A stretch of 33,198 bases of DNA. Origin: Actinomycetota bacterium (lineage in GTDB: Bacteria > Actinomycetota > Actinomycetes > S36-B12 > UBA10799). The notes under the pieces were generated by a model that had not been told where the DNA came from, did not search any database, and worked only from the letters and a program-made list of their open reading frames with translations. The translations under genes and the position numbers were made by a program. The stretch spans positions 1 to 33,198 of the forward strand of contig DAOMFH010000002.1 of assembly GCA_035429705.1 (NCBI GenBank), read 5' to 3'. This document shows, piece after piece, positions 1-9,183 of this stretch; the first letter of the stretch is position 1; each line of letters starts with the position of its first letter.

Positions 1-154
1 TTCTACCTGAACTGACCCCCCGGCCCACAATCCAGCAACAGCCGGCCAGCGGGCCTTCACACGGTCCCCTTGCACCGCGCAGTCACTCACCTCGATGACG
101 CTGAGCCGACTTCTCGCGACACTCCAACCTGCCTCGAGTTCAGTGGCTGATTCA

Positions 155-1300
155 TCACCCCAGTTCCGCCCTGAGGCCCGCTACGACTCGCTCGATGTCG
201 GCGTCACTGAGCCCTGCGCCGCTGGGCAGGCACAGACCCTCCGCGAAAATCCGGTCGGCGACACCGGTAAGGTGCACCTCGTTGCCGCGAAACACGGGTT
301 GCTGGTGCATTGGCTTCCAGATCGGTCGCGCCTCAATGCGCTGAGCGATCAAGGCCTCGCGCACACGACTGGCAGCGCCCGGTCGCATTTCCCGATCGAA
401 AGTCACCGTGGTCAGCCAGGAGTTCCCGACCCCCCACGGTGGATCCGGGGTCACCACCACGCCCTCAAGGTCCGCCAGCATCTCGGTGTACATCTCGCGA
501 ATCTCTCGCCGGCGGGCCATCATTTCGGGCAACCTCGTCAACTGGGCCCTGCCTAGTGCCGCAAGGATGTTGCTCAGACGGTAGTTGTAACCGATCTCCT
601 CGTGCTCGTACCAGCAGAACGGCTCTCGCGACTGGGCTGACCAGAACCGGGCCTTCTCCACCAACTGCTCGTCATCCGAGACGACCATCCCACCGCCCGA
701 AGTCGTCATGATCTTGTTCCCGTTGAAGGAGTAGACCCCGGCGTGCCCAATCGTACCGACTGCGCGCCCTCGGTGTTCGGCTCCCAGTGCCTCGGCGGCA
801 TCGATGAGGACCGGGACGTCGTACTTCGCTGCGATCGGCAGGATGCGGTCGTAGTCCGCGGGACGCCCAAAGAGGTCGACAGGGATGACCGCGGCGACAC
901 GCCGGCCCTGACTGTAGCGCTCCGCCAAGACGTGCTCGAGCAGGGCCGGATCCATGCCCCAGGACTCCTCCTCCACGTCAACGAACACCGGGGTTGCCCC
1001 CGGGTAGGTGACGGCGAAGGCCGTGGCCGCGAAGGTCAGCGTCGGGACGATGACCTCATCACCCGTGAGCACGCCGAGTGCCATGAGGGCCAGATGGATT
1101 GCCGCAGTTCCCGAGGACAGCGCGAGAGCATGGGCGACCCCTGTGAACGCGCATATGTCTGCCTCGAACCCATCGAGGTCCGGACCCACCGGGGCCACCC
1201 AACCGGATGTGATCGCCCGCGTAAGCGCCTGCACCTCAAGGTCGGTCACATGCGCCTGCGACAGCGCGATGGCCCTACCTCCAGTCACGGTTCTCCCCAC
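155..1300 (-). CDS. DegT/DnrJ/EryC1/StrS-family PLP-dependent sugar aminotransferase
   Basis: 381-aa ORF. Family motifs are GDEVIVPTLTFAATA and the PLP-lysine block YSFNGNKIMTTSGGGMVV, followed by YNYRLSNILAALG. GTG start at 1300; an alternative in-frame GTG at 1288 sits behind GGGGAGA. Confidence 0.85.
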   Translation of the reverse strand: MGRTVTGGRAIALSQAHVTDLEVQALTRAITSGWVAPVGPDLDGFEADICAFTGVAHALALSSGTAAIHLALMALGVLTGDEVIVPTLTFAATAFAVTYPGATPVFVDVEEESWGMDPALLEHVLAERYSQGRRVAAVIPVDLFGRPADYDRILPIAAKYDVPVLIDAAEALGAEHRGRAVGTIGHAGVYSFNGNKIMTTSGGGMVVSDDEQLVEKARFWSAQSREPFCWYEHEEIGYNYRLSNILAALGRAQLTRLPEMMARRREIREMYTEMLADLEGVVVTPDPPWGVGNSWLTTVTFDREMRPGAASRVREALIAQRIEARPIWKPMHQQPVFRGNEVHLTGVADRIFAEGLCLPSGAGLSDADIERVVAGLRAELG

Positions 1301-1560
1301 TCACCCGCTATCGATCAACAGCCCTAGTGTAGGGCCAAGAACGGACGTCGTCGCGTCGCGCATCACCGGTCTGCGCAAGCGGCTAACAGCCACACACCAT
1401 GTGCGGAGAGTGTGCGCCTCACCAACCGGGCCACCTCAAGGCCCTGGGCCAGCTCTCGAGCGCGATGAGGCCGGGCAGGTCGGGCCACGGAACATCCTTC
1501 GCCTACGAATCTCCAGGCAGCCGGGACTACGCTTCGGAGTGCGGATGAGGAGGTCGGGCG

Positions 1561-2790
1561 ATGGGCCAGGTCCTGTGGATGATCAACCACTATGCGGCAC
1601 TGCCGAGCGAGCCGGGCGGCACGCGGCACTACTGGCTGGGTCGGGGCCTGCAGGATCTAGGATGCGACGTTCGAATCATCCGGTCCGGTCCGACTCGCCC
1701 TCCACGCCGTCCGTGGGATCCCCAGGTCCAGGTCGTCGACGGCCTCGAGGTTACGACTATGCCCGGCCCACCCTCGACGGTGCGTGGGGTGGAACGGGTT
1801 CGAAGCTGGGCGGGGTTCTCCGCGTGGCTTCAGATGCCGACCGCCACCAGACACCTGCCAAAGCCCGACGTGGTGCTCGGTTCGACCGTGCATCTGGGTG
1901 CGGCTTGGGGTGGCCGGCACCTCGCAGAACGTCACGGGGTGCCGTTCATCCTGGAGGTCCGCGACCTGTGGCCCGAGACCCTCATCGCGATGGGGGCATT
2001 GCGGCGGAACTCCACCGTCGCGAGGGCAATGCTCGCGATGGAGTCGAGTCTGGCGAGGTCCGCTGCACTCATAGTCAGCCCGCTGTCCGGCGTCGGGCGG
2101 TACATGGCTGAACGCCATGGCATCCCGTCGGACAGGTTCGTGTGGATATCGAACGGCGTCAACTGCGACCAATACACGGGCACTCCCCCACCCCCGGAAT
2201 CCGGTCTCAGGCTTCAGTACTTCGGGGCCATAGGCGCCGCGAACGACGTCGGCTCGATCATCGATTCGGTCAAGCAAGCCAATGAGGTGCTGGCTGACCC
2301 AGTGCGCCTACAAGTGTTCGGAGCCGGCCCGCAGCGGGACCCGCTCATCGCTCGGGTCGCCTCCGATCCACAACTCGCCCCTGTCATCGCCTTTCCTGAG
2401 CCGGTGCCCTCCCATCAGGTCCCGATGGCCATGGCGTGGGGAAACGCCCTCGTGCTGACAGTCCGACAGCTGCCGGGGCTGTACAAGTATGGGATAAGCA
2501 TGAACAAGTTGTTCGACTACTTGGCCAGCGGGCGATGGATCGTGATGGGCTCGGACGTGACGGAGAACCCCATCGCGGCCGCCCCGGGAATCAGCCTGTG
2601 CTCTCCGTCCGTGGAAGCGTTGAGTTCCGCCATAGTCGATGCAGCCCGGATGGACCCCAGCGAAAGAATCCGCATGGCTCGTGGCAATACCGCGCTGGCC
2701 CAGGAACGTTATGACTATCGGGCACTCGCCAGGCAACTCGCTCCGCCACTCGAGCGTGTGATCAGCGAGCACGGGCACGCGAGGCGGTGA
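1561..2790 (+). CDS. GT4-family glycosyltransferase (WbuB-like)
   Basis: 409-aa ORF. The opening WMINHYAALPSEPGGTRHY is typical of WbuB-type GT4 enzymes, and a C-terminal GT-B half is present (..NKLFDYLASGRWIV..). A GAGGAGG Shine-Dalgarno lies 8 nt before ATG 1561. Confidence 0.8.
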   Translation: MGQVLWMINHYAALPSEPGGTRHYWLGRGLQDLGCDVRIIRSGPTRPPRRPWDPQVQVVDGLEVTTMPGPPSTVRGVERVRSWAGFSAWLQMPTATRHLPKPDVVLGSTVHLGAAWGGRHLAERHGVPFILEVRDLWPETLIAMGALRRNSTVARAMLAMESSLARSAALIVSPLSGVGRYMAERHGIPSDRFVWISNGVNCDQYTGTPPPPESGLRLQYFGAIGAANDVGSIIDSVKQANEVLADPVRLQVFGAGPQRDPLIARVASDPQLAPVIAFPEPVPSHQVPMAMAWGNALVLTVRQLPGLYKYGISMNKLFDYLASGRWIVMGSDVTENPIAAAPGISLCSPSVEALSSAIVDAARMDPSERIRMARGNTALAQERYDYRALARQLAPPLERVISEHGHARR

Positions 2791-3077
2791 CTCCTCAGCG
2801 GCCGGCTTCTCGCCTCGCCGTGAGTTCGGCCTGCAATCCGCAGTGCGACTTGGCCTGCCGACTACGCTCAGTGACGGCCAGAGGTACGCGCACTCGCGGG
2901 ATCAGGACCCCTGGGCACCCCATCGACAACACCCGCCCGGCCACATCGATCCAACCTCCGCCACAGCAAAGGCGCGGCGCGCTTCCGTGGTGCGACCACC
3001 GGCACGCCCGCTATCCTGTTGTCCGCGCAGCCGCCATCCATTGCCCCGCAACGGGCACTACCAGGCAGGAGCGATGA

Positions 3078-4019
3078 ATGAGCGGGAACGAGCGGATCGA
3101 ATGGCCGGACGGCAAGTCTTTTGCTTTCAGCATCTTCGATGACACGGACAACGCCACCCTCGAGAACGTTCGACCGGTGTACGACTTCCTGCGCGACATA
3201 GGCCTTCGCACCACGAAATCGGTCTGGGCAATGAGCGGTGACAGCGTCCCCGCACGGGGCGGCGGCGCGACAGGTGACGACCCGGCATACCGCGACTGGA
3301 CCCTGCAGGTCCAAGCCGCCGGCTTCGAGATCGCGTCACACGGGGCGACGCCCACTACATCTGACCGGGAGATGGTCCGTCGGTCGCTCGACCGCTTCCG
3401 CGACATCTACGGCCATGACCCGGCGACCTTCGCGAACCATGTAGGACAACTCGAGTCGATCTACTGGGGTGAGGACCGCATCGGGGGGGTACCGAAACTG
3501 GCCTACAACGCCATGACGCGCTTCAAGAGGCGTCGCGTCTTCAGAGGGCACCACAAGGGGGATCCGCTGTTCTGGGGGGACTTGTGCAAGGAACGGATCC
3601 GCTACGTTCGCAACTTCACATACTCCGAGATCGACACCCTGGCGGCCTGCCCGGTGATGCCCTACTACGACCCGAAGCGACCGTATGTCAACGCGTGGTT
3701 TGCCTCCTCGGAGGGCACCGACGTCGATCAGTTCACCGCACTTCTCGAGGAAGCCGGCCAGGATCGTCTGGAGGCAAACGGCGGGGTTTGCATCATGTAC
3801 ACCCACCTCGCCTCGGGTTTCAGCCGAGATGGTGAGATCGAGCCGCGCTTCCGCCGGCTCATGGAGCGTCTGGCGGCCCGCAATGGCTGGTTCGTCCCAG
3901 TGGCAACGTTGCTCGACCACATGGTCGAGCAACGCGGACTCACGGTGCTCACCGCCCGCCAGCGCCAAGCACTGGAGTTCCGATGGCTGCGGAGCAAGAT
4001 CCGAGTAGGGCACAGCTGA
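3078..4019 (+). CDS. Hypothetical protein, possibly CE4/NodB-fold polysaccharide deacetylase-like
   Basis: 313-aa ORF with AGGAG 6 nt upstream of the ATG. The N-terminal WPDGKSFAFSIFDDTD resembles the WP-G-x-x-A-x-x-F-D-D opening of CE4/PuuE-type deacetylases, with a later His (EIASHG). The functional call is tentative. Confidence 0.5.
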   Translation: MSGNERIEWPDGKSFAFSIFDDTDNATLENVRPVYDFLRDIGLRTTKSVWAMSGDSVPARGGGATGDDPAYRDWTLQVQAAGFEIASHGATPTTSDREMVRRSLDRFRDIYGHDPATFANHVGQLESIYWGEDRIGGVPKLAYNAMTRFKRRRVFRGHHKGDPLFWGDLCKERIRYVRNFTYSEIDTLAACPVMPYYDPKRPYVNAWFASSEGTDVDQFTALLEEAGQDRLEANGGVCIMYTHLASGFSRDGEIEPRFRRLMERLAARNGWFVPVATLLDHMVEQRGLTVLTARQRQALEFRWLRSKIRVGHS

Positions 4020-4164
4020 CCCTCATGCCACTTCGGTATTCGTAGCCCGCGTCGACCGGACGCAGGCCGCGGGTCGTGCACGCCGGGGGACGTTCAGTCG
4101 CCACGACTGATCGCCGCGGCCCCGATGGATCAGCCAACGGGTGATGGGGCACTAGACTGACACG

Positions 4165-4767
4165 GTGATCGCCATCGTGGACGTGGGACTCGGGAACGTG
4201 GCGTCCGTGCGGAACATGCTCGACCGGCTCGGCTATGCGGCCGATTGCCGCGGTTTGCCAGACGGGCTCACCGAAACCGATCGATACATCCTCCCGGGGG
4301 TGGGGGCGTACGACGAAGGGGTTCGCCGACTGTCCGAGACCGGTTGGTACGACCACCTGCGTTCCCTACCCGAGTCCACCCATGTCCTGGGCATCTGTCT
4401 GGGGATGCAGCTCCTCGGCACCTCCAGCGAGGAGGGTGAACTGGATGGCCTCCAAAGGGTCCCGGCCCACTTCGAGCGCTTCAACGTGGCCCCGTTGCGT
4501 GTGCCGCACATGGGCTGGAACCTGGTGCAACCCGTCAACGCGGACCCGATCTTCGATCCTGAACTGCCGGAGTGGCGCTACTACTTCACGCACTCATTCC
4601 GGGCTGTGTGCGACGATGCTTCGGTGGAGATCGGACGCACGCGCTACAACACCGACTTCACATCCGCCTACCGAAGCGGGAACACCCGCGGCGTCCAGTT
4701 CCACCCCGAGAAGAGCCACCGCTTCGGGATGTCACTTCTCTCGCGCTGGGCGGAACTGCCTTGCTGA
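4165..4767 (+). CDS. hisH: Imidazole glycerol phosphate synthase HisH-type glutamine amidotransferase, glycan-locus paralogue (WbuY-like)
   Basis: 200-aa ORF. It opens IAIVDVGLGNVASV, has the nucleophile motif LGICLGMQLL and the His/Glu motif VQFHPEKS. It lies among glycan genes, not in a his operon. Confidence 0.85.
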   Translation: MIAIVDVGLGNVASVRNMLDRLGYAADCRGLPDGLTETDRYILPGVGAYDEGVRRLSETGWYDHLRSLPESTHVLGICLGMQLLGTSSEEGELDGLQRVPAHFERFNVAPLRVPHMGWNLVQPVNADPIFDPELPEWRYYFTHSFRAVCDDASVEIGRTRYNTDFTSAYRSGNTRGVQFHPEKSHRFGMSLLSRWAELPC

Positions 4768-5528
4768 GACACCGGGTGATCCCCGTGCTGCTCGTCAAGG
4801 ATCACGGCCTGGTCAAGACCACCAAGTTCGAGAACCCGAAGTACGTCGGCGACCCCATCAACGCGATCCGGATATTCAATGAGAAAGAGGTCGACGAGCT
4901 CGCGCTCCTCGACATCAGCGCCACCCCCGGCAACCACGGGCCCAGTTTCGACCTCGTCCAGGATGTCGCGTCGGAGTGCTTCATGCCGCTTGCTTACGGC
5001 GGGGGTATCCGAACGCTCGAGGACGCCAAGCGCCTGTTCGGCTACGGGGTCGAGAAGGTGGTTCTGCGCTCTGCCGCCGCATCGAATCTCGCACTGGTGA
5101 CGCAGATCGCCGACTTCGCCGGATCGTCCTCAGTGACAGTCTCGATCGATGTGAAGCGCGCTCGGTTCGGCCGCGTGAGCATCCACTGTCCAGGCACTCC
5201 CATGCACGGGAATGCGGACTGGCTCGGATACCTGCGAAGGGCAACGACCGCTGGTGCTGGGGAGATCATCCTGAACGCCGTGGATCTGGACGGGACGATG
5301 TCCGGCATGGACAAGGACCTGATTGCGCAAGCGGCTCAAGTCACCACGGTGCCTCTCGTGGCGGTGGGGGGCGTTGGCTCCCTGGATCACATCCTGGCGG
5401 GTGTTCGGGCAGGCGCGGATGCCGTCGGTGCGGGGGCGTTCTTCGTGTACCACGGGCCTCGCCGCGCGGTGCTGATCACGTATCCTGGCTACGATGAGTT
5501 GTCGGCGTTACTAGGGGCCGTCGAATGA
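4761..5528 (+). CDS. hisF: HisF-type cyclase subunit paralogue (WbuZ-like, acetamidino modification)
   Basis: The sequence RVIPVLLVKDHGLVKTTKFENPKYVGDPINAIRIFNEKEVDELALLDISAT matches the HisF N-terminus. The likely start is TTG 4761 (or GTG 4776), overlapping the hisH stop at 4765-4767. The longer track ORF from 4572 is an upstream extension inside hisH. Confidence 0.8.
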   Translation: MLRHRVIPVLLVKDHGLVKTTKFENPKYVGDPINAIRIFNEKEVDELALLDISATPGNHGPSFDLVQDVASECFMPLAYGGGIRTLEDAKRLFGYGVEKVVLRSAAASNLALVTQIADFAGSSSVTVSIDVKRARFGRVSIHCPGTPMHGNADWLGYLRRATTAGAGEIILNAVDLDGTMSGMDKDLIAQAAQVTTVPLVAVGGVGSLDHILAGVRAGADAVGAGAFFVYHGPRRAVLITYPGYDELSALLGAVE

Positions 5529-6667
5529 CCGAGCGTGACTATCAGATTTGCACGTTCTGCGTGATGGACACATCCGATCCCGACATCGAGTTCGACGCTG
5601 ACGGCCGATGCAACCACTGCAGGGAGGTCGAGAACCTCCGCGGAACGGTGTGGTTCCCCGACGACGAAGGAGCCCGTCGTCTCGAGCGGATGATCGAGTC
5701 GGTGAAGCAGGAGGGCCGCGGCAAGGAGTACGACTGCGTCCTGGGGATCAGCGGCGGCATTGACAGTTCCTATCTCGCCCTCAAGGCCTACGAGTGGGGG
5801 ATTCGCCCACTGGTCGTCCACGTGGACGCCGGCTGGAACAGCGAGATGGCCGTGCAGAACATCGAACGCATCGTCAAGCACTGTGGGTACGAGTTGCACA
5901 CCCACGTGGTCAACTGGGAGGACATGCGGGAGTTGCAGCTGTCGTACTTGCGCGCCGCGGTCGCCAACCAGGACGTCCCGCAGGACCACGCCTTCTTCGC
6001 CGGGCTGTACCACTTCGCAACCGACAACAAGGTGCGCTACGTCCTGAACGGCGGCAATGTTGCCACCGAGGGCATCTTCCCCATGGCGTGGCACGCAGCG
6101 GCGATGGACGCACGCAACCTCAAGGCCATACACCGCACATACGGGACTCGGCCGCTGACCGACTACCCACTCATCAGCTTCAGCCAGTACTACTTCTGGT
6201 ATCCGATCGTCAAGCGGATGACTCCTCTGCGGCCACTGAACCTGATGCCCTACTCCAAGGATCAGGCAGTCTCGGAGTTGGAGGAGATCGGGTGGCGGGC
6301 GTACCCACGCAAGCACGGCGAATCCCTGTTCACCAAGTTCTTCCAGAACTACTATCTGCCCACCAAGTTCGGCTACGACAAGCGTCGGCCGCACCTGTCA
6401 AGCCTCGTTGCGTCAGGTGCGATCACTCGCGACAAGGCCATAGAGTTGCTGCAGGAGCCACTCTATGACGAGGAGGAACTCAGGCGGGACCGCCAGTACA
6501 TCTGCCGCAAACTGCGGATCAGCGATGACGAGCTCCGGGACCTGATGAATCGCCCGATCCACCACTACACCGACTTCGACAACTGGGACAGGCAGTACGC
6601 GCGGCTGAAGTGGGCACAGTCGGGGATCGGCCGGATCACCGGCAAGACCGTCACCGCATACCGTTAG
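5525..6667 (+). CDS. N-acetyl sugar amidotransferase (PP-loop ATPase; WbuX/WbpG/PseA-like)
   Basis: 380-aa ORF. It has an N-terminal zinc-ribbon CTFC..x17..CNHC and the PP-loop LGISGGIDSSYLA. An ATGA start/stop overlap couples it to the HisF paralogue at 5525-5528. Confidence 0.85.
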   Translation: MTERDYQICTFCVMDTSDPDIEFDADGRCNHCREVENLRGTVWFPDDEGARRLERMIESVKQEGRGKEYDCVLGISGGIDSSYLALKAYEWGIRPLVVHVDAGWNSEMAVQNIERIVKHCGYELHTHVVNWEDMRELQLSYLRAAVANQDVPQDHAFFAGLYHFATDNKVRYVLNGGNVATEGIFPMAWHAAAMDARNLKAIHRTYGTRPLTDYPLISFSQYYFWYPIVKRMTPLRPLNLMPYSKDQAVSELEEIGWRAYPRKHGESLFTKFFQNYYLPTKFGYDKRRPHLSSLVASGAITRDKAIELLQEPLYDEEELRRDRQYICRKLRISDDELRDLMNRPIHHYTDFDNWDRQYARLKWAQSGIGRITGKTVTAYR

Positions 6668-6680
6668 GCCCGCGGACTCC

Positions 6681-8000
6681 ATGACCGGCGCGGCAATGTC
6701 GGAGCATCGCCCCCGGCGCGTGCTGAAGGGATTCCTCGGCATCCTCACGGGCTCCGCCCTGGCCCAACTCTTCGCCTTCGCCGCACTGCCTCTCTTGTCA
6801 CGCCTCTACACGCCTTCAGAGACCGCACACTACGCGGTACTCCTGGGCATAGGCGCGGTCCTCACCTCATTCGCGGGCTTGCGACTGGACCTCGCGGTTC
6901 CTATTCCTACGGCTGCTGAGGACAGTCGGGGACTGTTCTGGCTCGCGTCCCTCGCCCCGCTGGTCGTGCTTCCCGTCACCGGACTGCTGGCTTCCCTCCT
7001 TCTTCTTGCCGGGGTCTGGGACGGAGGAGGCCTCGACCTCGTGGACTACCTGCTGGTGGGCGCCTTCGTGGTGGTGGTGAGTCTGTTCACGGCGGCCAGC
7101 CAACTGGCCATTCGCCTCCGCTCGTACGGCCTGCTCGGCCGGATTCCGGTGATCCAGATGGTGGGGACTCTGGTGGGTCAGGTGGCACTGGGGGCCGTCG
7201 GCTTCGGCCGCGGGCTCTTCGTCGGCGGGTTGATCGGCAGGTCACTGGGAATCGCGCGACTCGTTCGCTCCTGTGACGTGCGCCTGCACCAGATCCCTGG
7301 GCGGTCGAGGACGCTGGGTCTGCTCCGGGAATACTGGCGCTTCCCTGTGATCTTCGCTCCGGCGAGTCTCGTCGAGGTCCTCGGGGCCAACCTCGCAGCA
7401 CTGATGCTGCCGTCCCTGTTCGGGTTCGGGCCGGCTGGCCTGTATGCCATGGCGGTGAGGGTCTCGGGAGTCCCAGGAGCGATTCTCAGCCAGTCCGCCG
7501 GCCAGGTGTTCCTCGGCGAGTTCGCCCGGGCGCCTTCCAACGCGGCCTCCCTTAGGGTCTTCTTCCGGTGGTCCACGGCCCTGTTGCTCATGGCTATCGC
7601 CGTGACCTCAGCCCTGTGGGTGTTCTCACCCCTCGTCTTGCCGTGGCTCCTTGGCGACGACTGGTCGGGAACCGCCGAACTCGCCCAGTATGCGGGGGTC
7701 ATGGCGGGTGCGGCGATCTTCGGGTCGCCGGTCCAGCACGTGTGGACGGTGCGTCAGCGCGGGATCATGCAGTTCTCATGGAACATGATCCGGCTCGGCA
7801 CCACCGCCGCGGTCATCTGGACTGGCGCCCAGGCGGGAGTCAGCCTCGCCACGGTCATCGCGAACCTGGCGATCGCCACAACCGGGGTCTACCTGCTCGC
7901 ATGGCTCGGGTGCCTCTGGGCAGCGGCCCGTCCGGCTGCTGGAAGGCCGCGCCCTGCGGCCGAGTCGCGGTTCGACCACTCCGGGCCGTCGACTCCGTAG
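6681..8000 (+). CDS. wzx: Polysaccharide flippase (Wzx, MOP superfamily)
   Basis: 439-aa polytopic membrane protein. The opening ..LKGFLGILTGSALAQLFAFAALPLLSRLYTPSETAHYAVL.. is typical of O-unit flippases, and the gene sits in a glycan locus. Confidence 0.7.
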   Translation: MTGAAMSEHRPRRVLKGFLGILTGSALAQLFAFAALPLLSRLYTPSETAHYAVLLGIGAVLTSFAGLRLDLAVPIPTAAEDSRGLFWLASLAPLVVLPVTGLLASLLLLAGVWDGGGLDLVDYLLVGAFVVVVSLFTAASQLAIRLRSYGLLGRIPVIQMVGTLVGQVALGAVGFGRGLFVGGLIGRSLGIARLVRSCDVRLHQIPGRSRTLGLLREYWRFPVIFAPASLVEVLGANLAALMLPSLFGFGPAGLYAMAVRVSGVPGAILSQSAGQVFLGEFARAPSNAASLRVFFRWSTALLLMAIAVTSALWVFSPLVLPWLLGDDWSGTAELAQYAGVMAGAAIFGSPVQHVWTVRQRGIMQFSWNMIRLGTTAAVIWTGAQAGVSLATVIANLAIATTGVYLLAWLGCLWAAARPAAGRPRPAAESRFDHSGPSTP

Positions 8001-9183
8001 TTGGTCGGGTGTCCTGTCTCCATTCGATCGCCGGCAGCAGCAGGCAGGGGATCAGTGCGATCCAGAACACGCGGTAGGTCAGGTCGGAACTGAACTGCTG
8101 TCCCATGAACATGACGACGGCGACAGCAGCCACTATGCGAGCCTCCGGCGCTGACCGTGTTCGCCACACGCCCCTAGCCGCCATCGCCAGCAGAACCAGC
8201 AAGCAGATCAGCCCGACCATACCCAGTTCTGCCGCGGTTTCCATGAACAGGTTGTGAGGGTACTCGTCGATCCAGTTGACCGCGGCGTAGCCACCCCATC
8301 CCAGACCGAAGACGGGATTCTCGAGGAAGGCCCGGCCCGCTGTGGCCCACAACTCCTCCCGCGCCGGATCCTCTAGGACGAGGTGGGAGAGGGCCGCTTC
8401 GGAGGCCTCTCGCAGCCCGATCAGTACGACTCCCGCCATCAGGCCCAGGACCGCCAGCGACCTCGGGTTCAGGACGCCCCGCAGGAGTATCCAGGTCAGG
8501 AAACCGAGGGTCGCCCCGATCAGCGGCCCGCGAGAGCCGATCATGAACAACACCACGCCGCTCACCGCCACCCCGGGCAGTACCAAGACCGGGGGAAGGA
8601 GCTTCTCGCCCAGTGCGGCCCCCCCGACCACCACCGCCACGGCTGCCAGGTAGGCAGGGCCGAGCGTCGCTTCACCGATGCCCGCTCGGCCGTAGAGATC
8701 CTTGGCTCCCCCCACGATGGGCACAAGCGCCGCTACGAAGGCCCCTCCCACGAACCACGCCACGAACAGGCCACGCAGATCCCGGACGTCCCGCAGGATG
8801 ACGGGGATACACCAGACGACCACGCCGGTCAGGAAGAAGAAGTCCCGCGACTTGAGAGACTGATACTCCCCCGGCTCACTCAGGGCTATTCCCAACAGCA
8901 CGACCATCGCGAACAACAGGAAGGGAAGCATCTGCTGGACCGGATAGCGTGGATGCCTCAGGAAGGTCGTCACACTGGCCATCAGGACAAGGACGACGCT
9001 GAGGATCGTCGTATCCACACCGCCCAGCGAGTCGAACCCAGTGGCCTTCACCGTTCCGACGACGATGATCGGCAGGAGCGCGAGACTCGGCCACAACTTG
9101 ATGGGCCGATCCGGGGTGCTCCTGGGTGTCCTGCGGCTCCTGGCCGATGGGCGGACCCGGACCCCGCTAGTCACCAGGCCCAC
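7855..9183 (-). CDS. wzy: O-antigen polymerase/ligase-family membrane protein (Wzy-like)
   Basis: Polytopic membrane protein with a Wzy_C-like core (..LFMIGSRGPLIGATLGFL.. and ..NPVFGLGWGGY....YPHNLFMETAAELG..). The track ORF begins at 9402 inside the upstream dehydrogenase. Likely starts are GTG 9183 or GTG 9174, overlapping that gene's stop (9167) by 8-17 nt. Confidence 0.65.
   Translation of the reverse strand: MGLVTSGVRVRPSARSRRTPRSTPDRPIKLWPSLALLPIIVVGTVKATGFDSLGGVDTTILSVVLVLMASVTTFLRHPRYPVQQMLPFLLFAMVVLLGIALSEPGEYQSLKSRDFFFLTGVVVWCIPVILRDVRDLRGLFVAWFVGGAFVAALVPIVGGAKDLYGRAGIGEATLGPAYLAAVAVVVGGAALGEKLLPPVLVLPGVAVSGVVLFMIGSRGPLIGATLGFLTWILLRGVLNPRSLAVLGLMAGVVLIGLREASEAALSHLVLEDPAREELWATAGRAFLENPVFGLGWGGYAAVNWIDEYPHNLFMETAAELGMVGLICLLVLLAMAARGVWRTRSAPEARIVAAVAVVMFMGQQFSSDLTYRVFWIALIPCLLLPAIEWRQDTRPTTESTARSGRTATRPQGAAFQQPDGPLPRGTRAMRAGRPRLWRSPGSR

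Noticed and set aside
1-154. Possible gene or terminator downstream of the first DegT gene
   Set aside because: No ORF of useful length and no convincing hairpin is visible in the 154 nt available.
2791-3077. 288-nt gap between the GT4 and the CE4-like gene, with ORFs 2787-3077 and 2843-3142
   Set aside because: GC3 of the 2787 frame is about 72 % by hand count and the translation is low-complexity. I could not support a gene, an RNA or a repeat here. It may simply hold an internal promoter.
4045-4074. Inverted repeat CCCGCG...CGCGGG after the CE4-like gene, as a possible terminator
   Set aside because: It has only a 6-7-bp stem with a 16-nt loop and no U-tract. hisH follows in the same orientation and is probably co-transcribed.
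4572-4760. Upstream 63-codon extension of the HisF-like ORF in the track
   Set aside because: It lies inside the hisH-like coding region in another frame. Similarity to HisF begins at ..RVIPVLLV.., immediately after TTG 4761/GTG 4776.
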